Shown here: one piece after another, positions 60,686-64,000 of the stretch | Layout: each line of letters begins with the position of its first letter | Position numbering within the stretch: the first letter of the stretch is position 1 | Assembly (NCBI GenBank): GCA_963721365.1 | Contig: CAVRJE010000025.1 | Location: forward strand, 21,838 to 85,837 | DNA from: an uncultured Actinomycetota bacterium | Lineage (GTDB): Bacteria; Actinomycetota; Thermoleophilia; RBG-16-64-13 | Length of the DNA: 64,000 nucleotides | Reading direction: 5' to 3' | Translations under genes and position numbers: made by a program | The notes under the pieces: model-generated | Told to the model about the DNA's origin: nothing | Database searches by the model: none | Seen by the model: the letters and a program-made list of their open reading frames with translations, nothing else

Positions 60686-63600
60686 CTACTTCAGCGCCCC
60701 GACCACGTCGAAGGCATCCACCCCGATGTTGGTGCCGGTGGCCGCGGAACTCTTGGTGCCGGTCCATTCGATCTTGACCGTATGGGTGCCGGGCACGAGG
60801 GTCTTCGTTTCCCAGACCTTCTGCTTCCAGAGTTCCTTGGCAGAATAGAGGTCGACGACCATCGGGGTACCGCCGTCCAACGTGACCTTGGCCTTGCCGT
60901 AGACGGGGCTCTTCTTGGCTATCCAGGACAGGCTGGAACCGACGAAGGTGACCGTCACGGAGGACCCCGAGGAGTCCGCGAAGCGGAAGCTGGCGGCCGA
61001 CGCCGATGCGGATGAGCTGGCAGTCCAGGTGCCGGCGTAGACGAAGTGAGGATCGTTCTGCTCCCACCGAGTCGCCGGGACCGAGGGTGCCTGGCCGAGC
61101 GTCCCCGCGATGTCGAACGCGTCGATGCTGATGTTCGCGCCGATAGCGCTCGCGCTCTTGGTACCGGTCCATTCGATCTTCACCGTGTGCGCTCCGGCCG
61201 CTAGCGTCCCTGTGTCCCAGATCTTCTGCTGCCACTTGGTGTCGGCGCTGTAGAGGTCCACGGTAAGCGGCGTGCCGCCGTCGACGGTGACCTTGGCCTT
61301 GCCGTAGGAGGGGCTCGTCTTGCCGATCCACGCGAGCAAGGTCCCGGTGAACGTCGCGGTCGCCGAGGAGCCGGCGGAATTGGCGTAGCGGAAGCTGCCG
61401 CCGGAGGCCGAGACCGACGAGGAGGCGATCCAACCGCCAGCGAAGGTGAAGTGCGCGTCGTTCTGCTCGTACCGGGTGGTAGCGGGGCCAGGTGTGGACG
61501 GCGCGGGCGGATTCGCCGGGGTCGTGACCAACGTTCCGATCACGTCGATCGCGTCGACGCTGATGTACTTGCCGGCCGCGTTCGCCGCATCCCACGCGAT
61601 CTTGACCGTGTGGGCACCCGCAGAGAGTGCCCCTGTGTCCCAGACCTTCTGCTGGTACGCGACGGCCGAAGCCGCGAGATCGATGGGCACCGCAGTCCCT
61701 CCGTCGAGGCTGACTTTCGCCTTGCCCAGAGTAGTGCCCTTGGTGGCGATCCAGGCGAGATAGGTTCCGTTGAACCCAATGGTCAGCGAGGCTCCGGCGG
61801 TGTTGGCCCGCAGGTAGCTGCCGCCGGAAGGCCCGGTCGTGGAGAATGTGGCCCACGTGCCCGCGTACGCGATGTGGGAGTCGGTCTGCTCATATCGGGC
61901 GGCCGTCGATGCCGGCGGCGGCGGCGGAGGAGTGGCCGTCGCCTCGATCAAGTTGCCGATCAGGTCCAGCCCGTCCAGCCCGATGTTGGTGTCGGTGGCC
62001 GAAGCGTTCTTTGTGCCCGTCCACTCAATCTTCACAGTGTGGCTGCCGGCGGCTAGGGTGCCGGTGCTCCACACCTTCTGCTGGTAGACCGTGCTCGAGC
62101 TGTAGAGGTCGACCATGACCGGCGTCTTGTCGTCGAGGGTCACCTTCGCCATGCCGTACACCGGACTCTTCTTGGCTATCAAGCCGAGGTACGTGCCGGT
62201 GAAGCCGATGGTCACCGACGCACCCGAGCTGTTCGCGTAGAGGAAGTCGCCGCCCGAGGCCGAGGTGGTCGTGGACGTGCTCCACGTGCCGGTGTAGGCG
62301 AGGTGCGAGTCGCTCTGTTCGTAGCGGCTGTAGGCGGACACCATGCGCCGTGCGGTCACGTAACTCGACCGGAAGGCGTCTTCTATGCACACGAGATCGC
62401 CGCTCCGCGGGGCGTTGATCATCATGCCGCCTCCCACGTACATTCCAACATGGCTGATCGGCGTGTAGAAGAAGACCAGGTCTCCCGGCTGCAGGTCGTC
62501 CTTGCTCACGGCAGTGCCGTAGGTGGACATCGAGCGGGAGTAGTGGGGCAGGCTGATGCCGAACTGTCTGTAGACGTACATGCAGAACCCGGAGCAATCC
62601 AAACCCGTGGTGGGGCTGGAGCCGGCCCACAGATAGGGCACGCCCAGATACTCGACGGCCTTCTGGACGACTTTCTCTCCAGGGGATAGCACGCCGTCAC
62701 CGCCGTACCAGTACAGGTCCTTGGTGTTGGCGGGGCTGGGCCCCCAGAAGTTGAAGACGGTCACTTCCACAGGTCCGTCGCCGTACCCGGCGGGGACCGA
62801 GGCGATGGTCAGCTGGGTGCTCGAGTCGACCCTCCAATTGGCAGTGGGGACGTCCACCTTGCCCACCCGGACTCTGGTCGCACCAGTCAGCGTCTTCCCG
62901 GTGAGCACGAGCTTGTTCCCGCCGCCGACCGGGCCGCTCTCGGCGCTCAGAGCGGTCACACGCGCGCTGTTGAGGCTCTTCACCTCCCGGAACACCGGCC
63001 AGCCGATACCGACGAAGTCGACCTTCTTCACCTCGGTGCCGTGGTCCTTGATCGCTGCGCTGGTCGCCGCGGGAAGGCCGGTCGATTTGGCAAAGAGTAG
63101 GACGCCCTTATCTCGAGCCACGAAGGCCGCGGTCGCTTCCCCGTCGGGGTAGTCCTCACCGGAGACCAGCCCGAGGTGGGCGTAGCTCAGCCCAGCCCTG
63201 GGCGACGGCGTAGTCGGCCAGTCTTGCGCAGGCGTCGTAGCGTCCGTCGGGGTCGCTCGTGCTGGTCGCGCCCACGATCCTCTTGCTGACGGTGAACCCG
63301 TCGACTCCAAGATCGAGGTCGGTGCCGACGACGAGCCCGGAGCCGACGCCCAGGTCCGCGATGGCGTCCTTGGCGGATTGCGGGAACGGGCCGGCGGCCG
63401 GCGTGAGCAGCAGCGGCCAGCCTTGAGCGGCGGCCAGAGCGGAGGCGGCCAGGGCGGCGCCGTAGCTATCGCCGGGAGCGACGATCACCTTGGACACCGT
63501 TCCCAGTTTGCTCTTAACCGCGCGGGCGACGAGGGCGGCGGTCTCATAGCGGTCGGCGCCTTTCAAGACCACGATAGACGCCGCGTCCGTGAGGCCGGGC

Positions 63601-63986
63601 ACCGCGGCCTTGACACTCGAGACGAACGTGGACGGGAGGCCGACGAGGAACACCTTGGCCGGTTTGAGCCGGGTCAGCTCTGAAGCAACGTCGGCGCCGA
63701 GAGCCGACGCGGAGGTCAGCAGCAGCGGGCCGGAGTAGGCATTGGCCAGAACGCCTGCGGCGAGCGAATCGGCGTAGCTGTCGACGCTCGTGATCACCAC
63801 GGCCGGAGCGCCGCTGGCGAAGGCTTTGCCCGACAGCGAGATGGCGTTGGCCACGTGACCGCTGTCCGAGTTCACGGGGGTGTTGAAGGTGGGGGCTGCC
63901 AAGCAGATGGCGGAGTTCGCGAACAGCGCCAGCGAGAATACGAGCAGCGCCAGCCCGATATAGATCGTCCTCTTGGTCGGCCGCAT
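60686..63986 (-). CDS. Secreted cell-wall hydrolase: signal peptide, 3 CWB2 repeats, IPT/TIG-like domain, NlpC/P60 peptidase, 4 tandem beta-sandwich (CBM-like) repeats; one frame break near 63195
   Basis: ORF 63156..63986 (MRPTKRTIYIGLALLVFSLALFANSAICLAAP...GADRYETAALVA...) joins ORF 60686..63310 (...GGNKLVLTGKTLTGATRVRVG...LGVPYLWAGSSPTTGLDCSGFCMYVYRQFGISLPH...ISHVGMYVGGG..., then four YEQ.D.H..Y.G.W...SGG......G.S......G.....I......G.AKV.LDG......DLY repeats). GGAGG RBS before ATG 63986. Confidence 0.8.
60689..62326 (-). repeat. Four tandem coding repeats (about 127-143 aa each) inside the wall hydrolase
   Basis: Repeat starts at residues about 329, 472, 613 and 748 of ORF 60686..63310 (RYEQSDSHLAY / RYEQTDSHIAY / RYEQNDAHFTF / RWEQNDPHFVY). 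Each ends ...HTVKIEW/AW...D..D..G. Pro-rich linkers between repeats. Confidence 0.85.
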
Positions 63987-64000
63987 GGGATCCTCCAGTG

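Overview
Very GC-rich bacterial chromosomal segment (third codon positions are almost all G/C). Several traits look Gram-positive or actinobacterial: lipobox lipoproteins with Thr-rich linkers, an LCP protein, CWB2 cell-wall-binding repeats, and -10 boxes placed directly before start codons. I call about 65 protein genes. I found no rRNA, tRNA, CRISPR array, transposase, integrase or phage gene.

Gene content from left to right:
- BKACE enzyme (partial), HigA with a HigB remnant, a P-type ATPase, a GNAT acetyltransferase, purC, a DEAD-box helicase, an MFS transporter, and an anchored HEAT-repeat protein.
- A co-directional catabolic cluster: TetR, amidohydrolase_2 and CocE/NonD hydrolase, plus a URO-D-like gene and a second CocE/NonD paralog.
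- Two tandem lipoprotein paralogs of unknown function, then typA.
- A second module of TetR, an orphan Tat-lipoprotein solute-binding protein and an amidohydrolase_2 paralog.
- Two aminotransferases and three MFS transporters.
- VOC and deaminase genes, small envelope proteins, and trxB.
- glcDEF facing a class V aminotransferase, an SDR and a cyclase.
- Housekeeping genes: an RlmA-like methyltransferase, a DAG-kinase-like lipid kinase, a DD-carboxypeptidase, cyclophilin and pirin.
- A TIGR00300-type protein, rubrerythrin, a lipoprotein serpin and an LCP protein.
- A DUF2089 / small membrane / SHOCT-like / DUF169-like operon behind an AT-rich palindromic promoter.
- A Cys/Met PLP enzyme, a NUDIX hydrolase, and a roughly 1100-aa CWB2-IPT-NlpC/P60 wall hydrolase with four tandem beta-sandwich-like repeats.

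Dominant technical feature: more than half of the genes are broken by +/-1 frame shifts while the protein sequence stays clearly conserved on both sides. The breaks I could localise fall in short homopolymer runs. I read this as consensus indel error, not gene decay. Gene coordinates are therefore given for the repaired, full-length genes.

No known defence or mobile system is recognisable. The best candidates for something undescribed are:
- a covarying 34-bp palindromic element present twice;
- the duplicated CocE / amidohydrolase_2 / URO-D catabolic modules;
- the tandem lipoprotein family;
- the DUF2089 operon with its AT-rich operator.

All family assignments come from remembered motifs. 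No searches were run.
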